Positions 20,215 to 29,892 of a stretch of DNA of 64,000 nt are shown here, one piece after another. The number at the start of each line of letters is the position of its first letter. Position 1 is the stretch's first letter. The position numbers and the translations under genes were made by a program. Source of the stretch: Vicinamibacterales bacterium (lineage in GTDB: Bacteria > Acidobacteriota > Vicinamibacteria > Vicinamibacterales > JAMQPK01); assembly GCA_963811435.1 (NCBI GenBank), contig CAWERD010000006.1:1042696-1106695 (forward strand), read 5' to 3'. The notes under the pieces were generated by a model. The model saw only the letters and a list, made by a program, of their open reading frames with translations. It was not told the origin of the DNA and did no database searches.

Positions 20215-20215
20215 A

Positions 20216-21631
20216 ATGCCTTCCGTGCCCTCCGGTGACGATCAGCTGGACATCTACGACGTTGCGGTGCTCGGCGGCGGCAACGCGGGCCTTTCTGCCG
20301 CGCTGACCGCGCGCGAAGCTGGCGCCCGCGTCATTGTCGTCGAGAGCGCGCCGCGCCACTTCCGAGGCGGAAACAGCCGCCACACGCGCAACCTCCGGTG
20401 CATGCACACCGCGGCCAGCCAGCTGCTGACCGACTCGTACTCTGAAGACGAATTCGTTTCCGATCTGCTCCGCGTCAGCGGGCCTGAGACCGATGAAGCG
20501 CTGGCGCGTCTCGTCATTCGCGGATCCGCGGGCTGTCCCGAGTGGATGCGGCGATTCGGTGTCCGTTTTCAATCACCCCTGCGCGGCACGCTGCATCTGG
20601 CTCGCACCAACGCGTTCTTTCTGGGCGGCGGCAAGGCGCTCATGAACAGTTACTACGCCGCCGCGGAGCGTCTCGGGATTCGGATCGTGTACGACGCCGA
20701 GGTGATCGCCCTCGAGCTCGCCGATGGGCAGTTCCGTGCCGCGACCCTGCAGACCGGCGGGCGCGATCGGACGATCCGCGCCAGGGCCGCCGTGATCGCC
20801 ACAGGCGGGTTTGAATCCAATCTCGACTGGCTGCGCGAGATCTGGGGCGACGCGGCGGCGAACTTCATCATCCGCGGCACGCCGTACAACAAGGGTACGC
20901 TTCTCAGGCTGATGCTCGACGCCGGCGCGCAGCCGGTCGGCGACGCGCAGCAGTGTCACGCGGTCGCCGTTGATGCGCGTGCGCCGAAGTTCGACGGCGG
21001 CATCGTGACGCGGCTCGACTGCCTGTCGCTCGGGATAGTCGTCAACAAACATGCCGAACGCTTCTACGACGAGGGCGAGGACTTCTGGCCGAAGCGCTAC
21101 GCCATCTGGGGCATGCTCGTGGCGCGGCAGCCGGACCAGATTGCGTATTCGATCGTTGATGCCAAGGCCGCGGGCCAATTCATGCCGTCGGTGTTTCCAC
21201 CGAAAGCGGCGAGCTCCATCAGAGAGCTGGCGACGCAGCTGAACCTGTCGCCCGAGAAGCTGGAGGCGACCGTGGGCGCCTTCAATCGCGCGGTGCGCCC
21301 CGGATCGTTCAACCACGCCGTCCTCGACGATTGCCGGACCGTTGGCGTGAACCCCGAGAAGACGCATTGGGCGCAACGCATCGAGACGCCTCCGTACTGG
21401 GGGTACCCGCTCCGCCCGGGAATCACGTTTACCTACCTTGGTTTGAAGGTGAACGAGCGCGCGCAGGTAATGATGACCGGAGGAGAACCCGCGCCGAACA
21501 TCTGCGCGGCGGGAGAAATCATGGCGGGGAACATCCTTCGGCAGGGCTACATCGCCGGTGTCGGCATGACCATCGGCACAGTATTCGGCCGCATCGCCGG
21601 CGAGGAGGCTGCGCGGCATGCCGCACGCTGA
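20216..21631 (+). CDS. tcuA: FAD-dependent tricarballylate dehydrogenase TcuA
   Basis: GGGNAG FAD motif, RGGNSRHTRNLRCMH, RTNAFFLGGGKALMN, DARAPKFDGGIVTRLD, PGITFTYLG, GMTIGTVFGRIAG. Confidence 0.95.
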   Translation: MPSVPSGDDQLDIYDVAVLGGGNAGLSAALTAREAGARVIVVESAPRHFRGGNSRHTRNLRCMHTAASQLLTDSYSEDEFVSDLLRVSGPETDEALARLVIRGSAGCPEWMRRFGVRFQSPLRGTLHLARTNAFFLGGGKALMNSYYAAAERLGIRIVYDAEVIALELADGQFRAATLQTGGRDRTIRARAAVIATGGFESNLDWLREIWGDAAANFIIRGTPYNKGTLLRLMLDAGAQPVGDAQQCHAVAVDARAPKFDGGIVTRLDCLSLGIVVNKHAERFYDEGEDFWPKRYAIWGMLVARQPDQIAYSIVDAKAAGQFMPSVFPPKAASSIRELATQLNLSPEKLEATVGAFNRAVRPGSFNHAVLDDCRTVGVNPEKTHWAQRIETPPYWGYPLRPGITFTYLGLKVNERAQVMMTGGEPAPNICAAGEIMAGNILRQGYIAGVGMTIGTVFGRIAGEEAARHAAR

Positions 21632-22730
21632 CCCAATCGCACATGGCGAGCACGTGATGACCGTCTGCAATGCCTGCCGATACTGCGAGCAGGACCGTCC
21701 CGTCTTTCCAGCGATGGAAAACCGCTTGACGTTTGCGGAAGCGGATCTCGCGTATCTCGCCAACCTGTGCCACAACTGCGGCGAGTGTCTCTACGCCTGC
21801 CAGTACGCGCCGCCGCACGAGTTCGGCATCAACGTGCCAAGGACGCTGGCGGAGATTCGCGCGCATTCCTATGCGGCTTATTGCTGGCCGTCTTTCCTGT
21901 CGCGCGCCTTCAGGCATCACAACCTGCCTACCGGCCTCGTTCTCGCCGCCGGGCTGAGTGCGGTCATGTTCGCCGCCGCCCTGATCGTGAACGAGGGCGT
22001 GTTTCCTCGACCAGTTGGCCCCGGCGACTTCTACGCCGTTCTTCCCCATGGATTCATGGTCGGTCTCTTCGGAGCTGTGTTTCTGTTCGTTGTGGCGGCG
22101 ATTGGGATCGGCGGCGTCCGGTTCTGGCGGGATGTGCAGGGCGCCACGCCGCGACGGGTGACCGCGACCGACGTCGGCCGCGCGCTCCACGATGCGCTGA
22201 CGCTTCGGCACCTGCAGGGCGGTGGCGTTGATTGCACCTCGGCGGAAGAGCAGCGGGCTCCGGTCCGACGCTGGTTCCACCACTGCACGTTCTACGGATT
22301 CCTGCTGTGTTTTGCGTCGACGTCGGTGGCGGCCGTTTATCACCTTGTGTTCGGATGGCAGGCGCCGTATGGCTACGGCAGTCTTCCTGTTCTTCTCGGA
22401 GTGGCGGGTGGCGCGGGATTGATCGTCGGGCCGGCCGGCCTCCTGATGTTGCGAGGACGGAGAGACCCGGCGCTCGGCGATTCCGATCAGCGCGGCATGG
22501 ACGAGTCGTTCATCGCGCTGTTGTTCCTCACCAGCCTGACTGGATTCCTGCTGCTGGCGCTTCGAGATCATGCAGTCATGAGCGCGCTCCTCGTCGTGCA
22601 TCTCGGCGTGGTGCTCGCACTCTTCGTGACACTGCCTTACGGGAAATTCGTGCACGGCATTTATCGAACGGCCGCGCTCATCAACTACGCGATGGAGAGC
22701 CGGCGCACCGAAGGCCACGGACCCCAATGA
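21618..22730 (+). CDS. tcuB: Tricarballylate utilisation 4Fe-4S membrane protein TcuB
   Basis: CNACRYCE, LANLCHNCGECLYACQYAPPHEF, HHCTFYGFLLCFAST, PYGKFVHG. Confidence 0.95.
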   Translation: MPHADPIAHGEHVMTVCNACRYCEQDRPVFPAMENRLTFAEADLAYLANLCHNCGECLYACQYAPPHEFGINVPRTLAEIRAHSYAAYCWPSFLSRAFRHHNLPTGLVLAAGLSAVMFAAALIVNEGVFPRPVGPGDFYAVLPHGFMVGLFGAVFLFVVAAIGIGGVRFWRDVQGATPRRVTATDVGRALHDALTLRHLQGGGVDCTSAEEQRAPVRRWFHHCTFYGFLLCFASTSVAAVYHLVFGWQAPYGYGSLPVLLGVAGGAGLIVGPAGLLMLRGRRDPALGDSDQRGMDESFIALLFLTSLTGFLLLALRDHAVMSALLVVHLGVVLALFVTLPYGKFVHGIYRTAALINYAMESRRTEGHGPQ

Positions 22731-22795
22731 CCTTCCCGGTCTGCTGCGCGAAGATCTGGTATAAGCATCCAACACGTGAAGCGTAAGGAGAGCTC

Positions 22796-24298
22796 ATGCG
22801 GATGCGGCTGTTCCTTTCAGTCCTGCTGCTGGCGGTCTCGACCGCTGGCGTGATTTACGCGCAGATTACCGCCAACCCCATTTCGGCGCCGGTAGAGAAG
22901 CGCGGCCTGATGATTGAGATCAAGGACGTGGTGCGGCTGCCCGAGACCCGCGGGCGGCGTCCGCCCGATCAGGACGTAGTGCCCTCCGGTTGGGCGCGCG
23001 TCAGTTATATACGCGACAGTCCCGACGGCCGGCGGTTTGTCAACGACTCGCGCGGCTTCCTGTACCTGCTCGACAGCAACAACCAACCATCGGTGTACGC
23101 GGACGTGGCCTCGGCGTTCCCGTTCGCCATCTACAACCGCCTGGAGAGCGGGTTCATCGGATTCGCGTTCCACCCCGAGTTCGCGCGCAATGGCCTGTTC
23201 TACACCGTGCATGGCGAACGCGGGGCCGGTAATCCCGCGACGCTCAACTTCATCCCGCCGGGATTTACGTTGAAGGACGTCACCCACCACAACGTCATCA
23301 CAGAGTGGCATGCCAGGAACCCCGCAGCGAACACGTTCGAGGGCACACGGCGCGAGCTGCTCCGCGTGGCGCACGCGGTGAACAACCTGACCCATCCGAT
23401 GGGCGCCGTCGAGTTCAACCCGACGGCCAAGCCGGGCTCGCCCGACTACGGTCTGCTCTACACGAGCGGCAGTGACCTCGGATTCAGCAACGGCGGAGGA
23501 CCGAACGCGAACAACCCCGGCCAGACCCAGCGGCTCGACTCGGTCATCACGGCCATCCTGCGGTTCGATCCGCGCAGCCCCTCGGTGACGGGCGGAATGA
23601 AAGGGCTCGGTGATTACACGATCCCGGCGGTCAACAAGTTCGCCGCAGACGGAGATCCCAGGACACTCGGCGAAATCTTCGCCTACGGCTTCCGGAATGC
23701 TCATCGGCTTTCGTGGGACCTCACCGACGGGACGATGTTCGCCTCAGATATCGGGATGAATCACATCGAAGAGATCAACATCGTCCGCGAGGGTCGCAAC
23801 TACGGCTGGATGAAGCGGGAGGCGTACTTCGAGAACGGGATCACACGGCCCGGCGGCGCCCTCAACCAGCTGTATCCCTTGCCGGCAGAGGTGATGGAGG
23901 GGCGCGAGAAGGACGAGTTCACCTACCCGGTTGCGATTTACGATCACGACGAAGGACGGGCAGTGAGCGGCGGGTTTGCCTACCACGGACGGATCGCCGC
24001 GCTGCGTGGCAAGTTCGTGTTTGGCGACGTCCAGCGGGGGCGCCTGTTCGCGGCCGACCTGACGGCCATGAAGAAGGCCGACGACGGCATTCCGCAGACC
24101 GTCGCGCCGGTCGAGGAGATTCAGCTCTACGTCCGCGATGAAGCGGGCAATCGCGCGAACGTCACGTTTCAGGAGTTGGTCGATCGGACGCTGGGGCAGC
24201 CCGTGCCTCGCGCCGACCTGCACATCGGCCGCAGCAACGACGGCGAGCTGTTCATCACGTCGCGGCAGGACGGCACGGTCCGGATGCTCGTGCCGTAG
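22796..24298 (+). CDS. PQQ-dependent sugar dehydrogenase (glucose/sorbosone dehydrogenase family), secreted
   Basis: Signal peptide; GFAFHPEF, EIFAYGFRNAHRLSWD, EEINI, GRNYGW, AVSGGFAYHG. Confidence 0.85.
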   Translation: MRMRLFLSVLLLAVSTAGVIYAQITANPISAPVEKRGLMIEIKDVVRLPETRGRRPPDQDVVPSGWARVSYIRDSPDGRRFVNDSRGFLYLLDSNNQPSVYADVASAFPFAIYNRLESGFIGFAFHPEFARNGLFYTVHGERGAGNPATLNFIPPGFTLKDVTHHNVITEWHARNPAANTFEGTRRELLRVAHAVNNLTHPMGAVEFNPTAKPGSPDYGLLYTSGSDLGFSNGGGPNANNPGQTQRLDSVITAILRFDPRSPSVTGGMKGLGDYTIPAVNKFAADGDPRTLGEIFAYGFRNAHRLSWDLTDGTMFASDIGMNHIEEINIVREGRNYGWMKREAYFENGITRPGGALNQLYPLPAEVMEGREKDEFTYPVAIYDHDEGRAVSGGFAYHGRIAALRGKFVFGDVQRGRLFAADLTAMKKADDGIPQTVAPVEEIQLYVRDEAGNRANVTFQELVDRTLGQPVPRADLHIGRSNDGELFITSRQDGTVRMLVP

Positions 24299-24304
24299 TA
24301 CTGC

Positions 24305-25876
24305 ATGGAAACGCCACTGACTCCCCTCGAGCTCGCCCGGCGCACTCGCGCACTGCATCCGAACCGTGAGGCGCTCGTCGACGGTGCGCTGCGCCTGACT
24401 TACGCGCAGTTCTTCGAGCGCTGCGATCGGTGGTCGGCCGCACTGCAGCAGCTGGGTGTCGGCCCCGGCGACCGCGTCGCGTACGTCGCGCCCAACACGC
24501 ACGCGCAGCTCGAGTCGTTCTATGCTGTGCCGCAAGCGGGCGCCGTGCTGGTCCCCATCAATTACCGTCTCAACCCGGACGAGATGGCCTTCATCATCGC
24601 GCATTCGGGATCGACGGTTGTCTGCGCGCACGAGGATTACCTCGCGTCCATCGACCGCGTGCGCGATCAGCTGGGGGGCGTCCGTCATTTCGTGGCGCTC
24701 GAGGGGAAGCGCGAGGGCTGGCTCGACTACGAGCGGATGGTGGCTGACGCGCCGGTGGACTTCACGCGGCCTCCGTTGGCGGAAACCGACCTCCTGACGA
24801 TCAACTACACCAGCGGCACGACGTCGCGCCCCAAGGGCGTGATGATCACGCACCGCAACGCGTACATGAACGCCATCGGCACGCTGCTGCACGTTCCGAT
24901 GAGCCTGACGGATCGGTACCTGTGGACGCTGCCGATGTTTCACGCCAACGGCTGGACGTTTACCTGGATCGTCACCGCCGTCGGCGCGGCGCACGTCTGC
25001 CTGCGAAAGGTCGATCCGGCGCGAGTATTCGAGCAGATCGTCGCGGAACGTGTCTCGGTGCTGTGCGCCGCACCGACGGTGCTCATCGGCATCGCCAGCG
25101 CGCCCGCCGACCTGCGCGCGCGGACGCCGCGGGGCGTTCGGGTCGTGACCGCCGGGGCACCACCGGCCGCCGCTACGATCGAGCGGATCGAGGGCGATCT
25201 CGGCTGGACCATTACGCACGTCTACGGATTGACGGAGACGGCGCCGTTCATCAGCGTCTGCGAGCCGCGGCCCGAGCACGATCTGCTGGCGCCGGCGGAA
25301 CGCGCGGTCATCAAAGCGCGGCAGGGCGTGGAGCTCATCACGTCAGGCGAACTGCGCGTGGTGGACGACGACGGGTGCGACGTGCCACACGACGGCGCCA
25401 CCGTCGGCGAGATCGTCGTGCGCGGCAACGTCGTCATGAAGGGGTACTACAACGATCCCGAGGCAACGGCCGAGGCCCTGCGCGGCGGGTACTTTCACAG
25501 CGGCGACGCAGCGGTCGTCCATCCGGACGGCTACATGGACATTCGCGATCGCCTGAAGGACGTCATCATCAGCGGTGGCGAGAACATCTCCTCGGTCGAG
25601 GTCGAGGGCGTCCTGTTGCGGCACGAGGCGGTTCAAGAAGCGGGAGTCGTCGGGCTACCTGACGCCCAGTGGGGCGAGGCGCCGCATGCGTTTGTCGTCT
25701 TGAAGCCCGACGCGACGGCGACCGTTGAGGAGCTCCGAACCTTCGTGCGCGACCGACTCGCGCACTTCAAGGCGCCTCGCGGCATCACGTTCGTACCGGA
25801 GTTGCCGAAGACTGCGACGGGGAAGATTCAGAAGTTCGTGTTGCGTGGCCGCCGACCCGGGATCGCGGCGCAGTGA
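24305..25876 (+). CDS. Acyl-CoA synthetase / long-chain fatty acid-CoA ligase
   Basis: YTSGTTSRPKG, YGLTET, FHSGD, DVIISGGENISS, PKTATGKIQK. Confidence 0.95.
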   Translation: METPLTPLELARRTRALHPNREALVDGALRLTYAQFFERCDRWSAALQQLGVGPGDRVAYVAPNTHAQLESFYAVPQAGAVLVPINYRLNPDEMAFIIAHSGSTVVCAHEDYLASIDRVRDQLGGVRHFVALEGKREGWLDYERMVADAPVDFTRPPLAETDLLTINYTSGTTSRPKGVMITHRNAYMNAIGTLLHVPMSLTDRYLWTLPMFHANGWTFTWIVTAVGAAHVCLRKVDPARVFEQIVAERVSVLCAAPTVLIGIASAPADLRARTPRGVRVVTAGAPPAAATIERIEGDLGWTITHVYGLTETAPFISVCEPRPEHDLLAPAERAVIKARQGVELITSGELRVVDDDGCDVPHDGATVGEIVVRGNVVMKGYYNDPEATAEALRGGYFHSGDAAVVHPDGYMDIRDRLKDVIISGGENISSVEVEGVLLRHEAVQEAGVVGLPDAQWGEAPHAFVVLKPDATATVEELRTFVRDRLAHFKAPRGITFVPELPKTATGKIQKFVLRGRRPGIAAQ

Positions 25877-25920
25877 CCGCGCACGGCCGTGTAGAATCGC
25901 CCGAGATCTCAGCCATAAGG

Positions 25921-26451
25921 ATGACGATGAATTGCAAGGCCGCGGTCTGTCTCGGAGCTGTCGCCGTATCCGCGATCTTCTCATCAGGGTGCACCAACCG
26001 AGTCGACCAGAAGAAGTTTGATGCCTTGTACCGCTCAGGCAGAGCAATCGAAGTCGATCTCGAGAACTCGAGTGCTGTTCGAGTGGCGGCTTCTGAACAA
26101 CTTCTCAAGGCCTTCAAAACCGAAATCTCCTTACTGCAAGGCCGCACGCGAAACGAGAACGAAGCGGCCGCTCTCCAGGCCTACAGTGACGCGGCCGACG
26201 CTTACAAAGCCTTCCTGGATGTTCGCGCCCTGGACCTTCGAGGCGGTTCCCGCGACGGTCGCCTGTTGCTCGGCGATGGCTGGGTCGCTGTTGCGTCGAA
26301 GTTTAATTTCGCAGTCGAGGCAGCCCCATGGACGCCTGCTGACAAGTACAAGTGGTACTGGGTGAACGTTGGCGATGCGATCGAAGCACTCTTGTTAGCG
26401 GCAAAGAAGAACCTGGCAGAGGCTAGCCGACTCGTGAACGGTCAGTCCTAG
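25921..26451 (+). CDS. Hypothetical lipoprotein
   Basis: Hydrophobic leader ending FSSGC (lipobox-like). Confidence 0.6.
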   Translation: MTMNCKAAVCLGAVAVSAIFSSGCTNRVDQKKFDALYRSGRAIEVDLENSSAVRVAASEQLLKAFKTEISLLQGRTRNENEAAALQAYSDAADAYKAFLDVRALDLRGGSRDGRLLLGDGWVAVASKFNFAVEAAPWTPADKYKWYWVNVGDAIEALLLAAKKNLAEASRLVNGQS

Positions 26452-26458
26452 AGCGAAC

Positions 26459-26863
26459 ATGAACCGCCACTCTGCACAATTACTGACGCTTCTCCTTTTC
26501 ACGTCTGTCCCGATCGTTGCTCAAACACAGAGGTCCGTACCGGTCCGCTGGGATTGGTTGGTCGTGTCGACGCCAGACTTCACCGGTCCGTTTCGTGGCA
26601 ATGCGCCGGGCTTCAAAGCGCCCGTGCCGAAAGAGCCGCTGCCGAAAACCCTGAGTCTGACTCGAGAAAGTAGGACTCTCGGTCAGTTCGAAGTCATTGT
26701 GACGACCGAGGGCGACACCGTGCTCGAAAACACTCTGTCTGTGTCTGGTCCAGAGGTGGAGAACCGAGCGAAAGAGGCTCTCAGTCGCTGGCGGTTTGAA
26801 TCAGCTTCGTTGGATGGGACGCCCATTCGCGTGAGGCTGCGAGTATTCCTTGAAGGCGGCTAA
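26459..26863 (+). CDS. Secreted protein with a TonB-C-terminal-like domain
   Basis: Signal peptide; AKEALSRWRFESASLDGTPIRV resembles the TonB_C end; stop TAA lies inside the attC R'' box. Confidence 0.55.
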   Translation: MNRHSAQLLTLLLFTSVPIVAQTQRSVPVRWDWLVVSTPDFTGPFRGNAPGFKAPVPKEPLPKTLSLTRESRTLGQFEVIVTTEGDTVLENTLSVSGPEVENRAKEALSRWRFESASLDGTPIRVRLRVFLEGG

Positions 26864-26940
26864 CCAGCGAATGGAGCCGTCGCACCAACTTGCCTGACGT
26901 AGTATGCCGCCGCGGTGCGGCTGATTCGCGGGCGTTAGCC
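26858..26940 (+). mobile_element. attC: Integron attC recombination site (83 bp)
   Basis: R''-like GGCTAAC (26858-64) and R' GTTAGCC (26934-40) are complementary; inner arms gcgaat(g)gagccg(tc)gcacc / ggtgcggctgattcgc with bulged bases; sits between a stop and a start codon. Confidence 0.8.
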
Positions 26941-26950
26941 GGACGCAAAC

Positions 26951-27673
26951 ATGCGATTACCGAAAGTCCACGGGATCATCAAACGACGACTGCTTGTGAA
27001 CTTTCGCGTGGATCCGGCCGTCATGCAACGCCATCTGCCGGCGCCATTCCGGCCGAAGCTTCACGACGGCCAAGCGATTGCTGGAATTTGTCTCATTCGA
27101 TTGGAGAACATCAGACCTCGGCGTTTTCCAGGCGTGCTCGGACTGTCCAGCGAGAACGCAGCTCATCGGGTGGCCGTGATTTGGGAAGACGACGCCGGTC
27201 CACATGAAGGCGTTTACATTCCGCGGCGGGATACAGGGTCGCTGGTCAACCATCTTGCGGGCGGCCGCCTATTCCCCGGCGAGCATCAGCGCGCTCGTTT
27301 TCGTGTGGTTGAGGGCGAAAAGACCATCGAATTGCACATGCGCTCGGCTGACGGGCGTGTCGAGATCGATGTCATCGGATCCGCGTCGAATCACCTCGCT
27401 GAGACGTCGTCGTTTCAATCGATCGACGAAGCGTCGGCGTTTTTTGAAACTGGCAGCGTCGGGTACTCGGTTACGGCATCGGGCCGTCGACTCGATGGAA
27501 TCAACCTGAAAACGGACTCGTGGAACGTTGCGCCGCTTGCAGTTCAGCATGCCAGGTCGAGCTTCTTTGCGGACCCCGCGTTGTTTCCGGAAGGGTCCGT
27601 CGCATTCGACTGTGCCCTCATCATGCGCAATATCCATCATGAGTGGCAGATGGCTGCGGACATGTATGTGTGA
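26951..27673 (+). CDS. DUF2071/YqjF-like protein
   Basis: RRLLVNFRVDP, AGICLIRL, SENAAHRVAV, FDCALIMRNI. Confidence 0.7.
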   Translation: MRLPKVHGIIKRRLLVNFRVDPAVMQRHLPAPFRPKLHDGQAIAGICLIRLENIRPRRFPGVLGLSSENAAHRVAVIWEDDAGPHEGVYIPRRDTGSLVNHLAGGRLFPGEHQRARFRVVEGEKTIELHMRSADGRVEIDVIGSASNHLAETSSFQSIDEASAFFETGSVGYSVTASGRRLDGINLKTDSWNVAPLAVQHARSSFFADPALFPEGSVAFDCALIMRNIHHEWQMAADMYV

Positions 27674-27689
27674 TGCGATAGGAGCCTAA

Positions 27690-28082
27690 GTGAACGATCA
27701 CGATGCACAAGCGAACGCTCCGGTAACGGTAGCCGGTTTTATCACTCGTGCGGCCGGGTACGTAGCTGACGCATTACGGTACTGGGAGCCGCGGCGTGTC
27801 ATTTACAACGTCTCACTTGCGATCGTCGTTCTTGGACATCTTGTCGTGGGATGGCCGGAGTCACGGGACAGACTCTCCATGAATATCCTGCTCGGGTTTT
27901 TCTTCCTGGCAGTTCTGGCAAACGTCTGCTACTGCGCGGTATACGTTGTGGACTTGTTCGTGCAGTTCTCCGGCCTGCGTGAATTCTGGGCGAAGGGTCG
28001 GGTTGCCGTGTTGATCATTGGTACGGCATTCGCTGCCGTGATCGCGCACTTCTTCTCAACGAATATCCTGGGAGGCGCTTGA
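27690..28082 (+). CDS. Small integral membrane protein
   Basis: YWEPRRVIYN followed by three hydrophobic segments. Confidence 0.7.
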   Translation: MNDHDAQANAPVTVAGFITRAAGYVADALRYWEPRRVIYNVSLAIVVLGHLVVGWPESRDRLSMNILLGFFFLAVLANVCYCAVYVVDLFVQFSGLREFWAKGRVAVLIIGTAFAAVIAHFFSTNILGGA

Positions 28083-28588
28083 GGGCCAACGGTGCGGGTC
28101 CAGTAATTGTTCTCGTGCTGACTGTGGCCGGCGCAGTTGCAGCGTGCCCGCTCGTTTCCTCACCCGTGGCGTATTCGCAGGGCTCGCCCGCGAGTCCGAT
28201 TGCCGGCACATGGCTGGCAAACATCGAAAAGTCCACGCGTGATCCGAATCACCAGTTCCAGCGGATGACGATGCAGTTCGTGGTAGTTGGAGACACCGTC
28301 ACCCTGACCTACGGGGGCGTGAATGCGGGTGGGCGGCAGGAGTCAAGTGGCATCGTTCTTCAGGCAGATGGCAAGGAGCACGCCGTACCCGGACAAGCCG
28401 GAGTCACTGTCGTCACACGATGGATCGGCCCGCGGCTGCTGCAGACCATCGCGAAAAGTGCGGGGGCTCAGGTGGGTGAGCAGTCGTATGAGGTGTCGAC
28501 AGACGGGATGACGCTTACCGCCAAGGTGTCGGGGATCGACGCGAGCGGCAGACGGTTCGAGCAGGTGATTGTCTTCGACCGAAAATAG
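28079..28588 (+). CDS. Secreted hypothetical protein (lipocalin-like beta fold)
   Basis: GTW-x-x-N-x-EKS, DGK, EVSTDGMTLT, VFDRK. Confidence 0.65.
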   Translation: MRANGAGPVIVLVLTVAGAVAACPLVSSPVAYSQGSPASPIAGTWLANIEKSTRDPNHQFQRMTMQFVVVGDTVTLTYGGVNAGGRQESSGIVLQADGKEHAVPGQAGVTVVTRWIGPRLLQTIAKSAGAQVGEQSYEVSTDGMTLTAKVSGIDASGRRFEQVIVFDRK

Positions 28589-28593
28589 GCTGC

Positions 28594-29232
28594 ATGGCAT
28601 CAAAGCGGATCTTGGTCCTCGGAGCCACGGGCGGGACCGGACGTCAAGTTGTGGAGCAAGCAGTCGAGGCCGGCCTGGATGTTACGGTGGTCGTCCGCAA
28701 TCCAGCGAAGTTGTCGACGGCTTCCCAATCAATACGCACACTCACGGGTGACCTGCTGCGCAACACCTCAGTGCTTGCATCCGCAGTCGCCGGCCAGGAC
28801 GCTGTCATCAGCACTTTAGGGGTGGGGCAGTCCTTCAAGGCGCTTGGCCTCATCCGCACCGCCGCCCCGGCCATCGTCGCAGCGCTGCAGCAACAGGGTG
28901 TGAGGCGCCTGATCTTCGTGTCCGCCTTTGGTGTCGGCGCTACCCGTCAGGATACGCCGCTCATCCCACGGCTCTTTATCGCAACACTGTTGCGCCAGAT
29001 CTATGCGGATAAGGAGGCCGGTGAGGAAGCCATCCTGAATTCGCCTCTCGACTGGACGATCGTCTACCCCGTCGGGCTCACTGACGGTCCGAAAACCGGG
29101 ACCTATCGCGTCGGTGAGCGACTCTCCCTTTCGGGCTTCCCGCGTATTTCGCGCGCTGACGTTGCCCAGTTTCTGTTGAAGCAAGTGGACGATCGCGGCT
29201 TTATACGGAAGGGCGTGTTAGTGGCGCCGTAG
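28594..29232 (+). CDS. NAD(P)H-binding atypical SDR (flavin/biliverdin reductase-like)
   Basis: ILVLGATGGTG, VRNPAK, LDWTIVYP, ISRADVA. Confidence 0.9.
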   Translation: MASKRILVLGATGGTGRQVVEQAVEAGLDVTVVVRNPAKLSTASQSIRTLTGDLLRNTSVLASAVAGQDAVISTLGVGQSFKALGLIRTAAPAIVAALQQQGVRRLIFVSAFGVGATRQDTPLIPRLFIATLLRQIYADKEAGEEAILNSPLDWTIVYPVGLTDGPKTGTYRVGERLSLSGFPRISRADVAQFLLKQVDDRGFIRKGVLVAP

Positions 29233-29396
29233 ATCGGGGCACCAGCGCAGGTGATAACCCAAGTGAAGCTGGCTAAAATCCGCCTTGGCGCCGCACGATT
29301 CAGGTTGCGCCGTGGCGACGACAAGTGGCATCGTCCGTGGGAGCCAAACTCCCAGGGTGTGGATGCGTCGCACACAACTTCTCTTCGCGGAGGCAC

Positions 29397-29852
29397 GTGA
29401 CGCCCAGCACCGAACTCGTGATCGGCGACGAGAATGGACAGCATGTCGTCGTTCGAGCGCTTACGCGCCATCACCCAGGCCTCTTCGACCACTCGGACGG
29501 GAACTGGATCGCATGTGAGCTCGAGATTATTGCCGGCGGCTTTCGGGGCACCTTCCGAGCTGACTTGAGGTCGGAGGAATTCCGGGCATTCCTGGAGGGA
29601 GTCGAAGACCTGAGGAGGACACTTGATGGTGCCGCCAGCTTTTCCACCCTGGAGGGGCAGATTGCGTTTTCCCTCGCCGGCGATGGAAAAGGCCATGTTC
29701 GCGTGCACGGCGAAGCGTGCGATGCACCTGGAAGCGATAATCGTCTCCACTTCAGCTTCGATGTTGACCAGACCTACTTGACTCAGATATGCAGGTCCCT
29801 GGAGGTTATCGTAGCGGCCTTTCCTGTCGTGGGAGCAGTCGATCCAACCTGA
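29397..29852 (+). CDS. WapI-like immunity-family protein
   Basis: DGNW, GGFRG, GAASFSTLEGQI, DQTYL pattern; RBS ggagg before GTG 29397. Confidence 0.55.
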   Translation: MTPSTELVIGDENGQHVVVRALTRHHPGLFDHSDGNWIACELEIIAGGFRGTFRADLRSEEFRAFLEGVEDLRRTLDGAASFSTLEGQIAFSLAGDGKGHVRVHGEACDAPGSDNRLHFSFDVDQTYLTQICRSLEVIVAAFPVVGAVDPT

Positions 29853-29892
29853 CTGGCTGCAAGCTGATTTCCGTCACAACAGGAGCGGCCTC

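Noticed and set aside
23744-25279. 511-aa minus-strand ORF
   Set aside because: Antisense to the sugar dehydrogenase and acyl-CoA ligase genes
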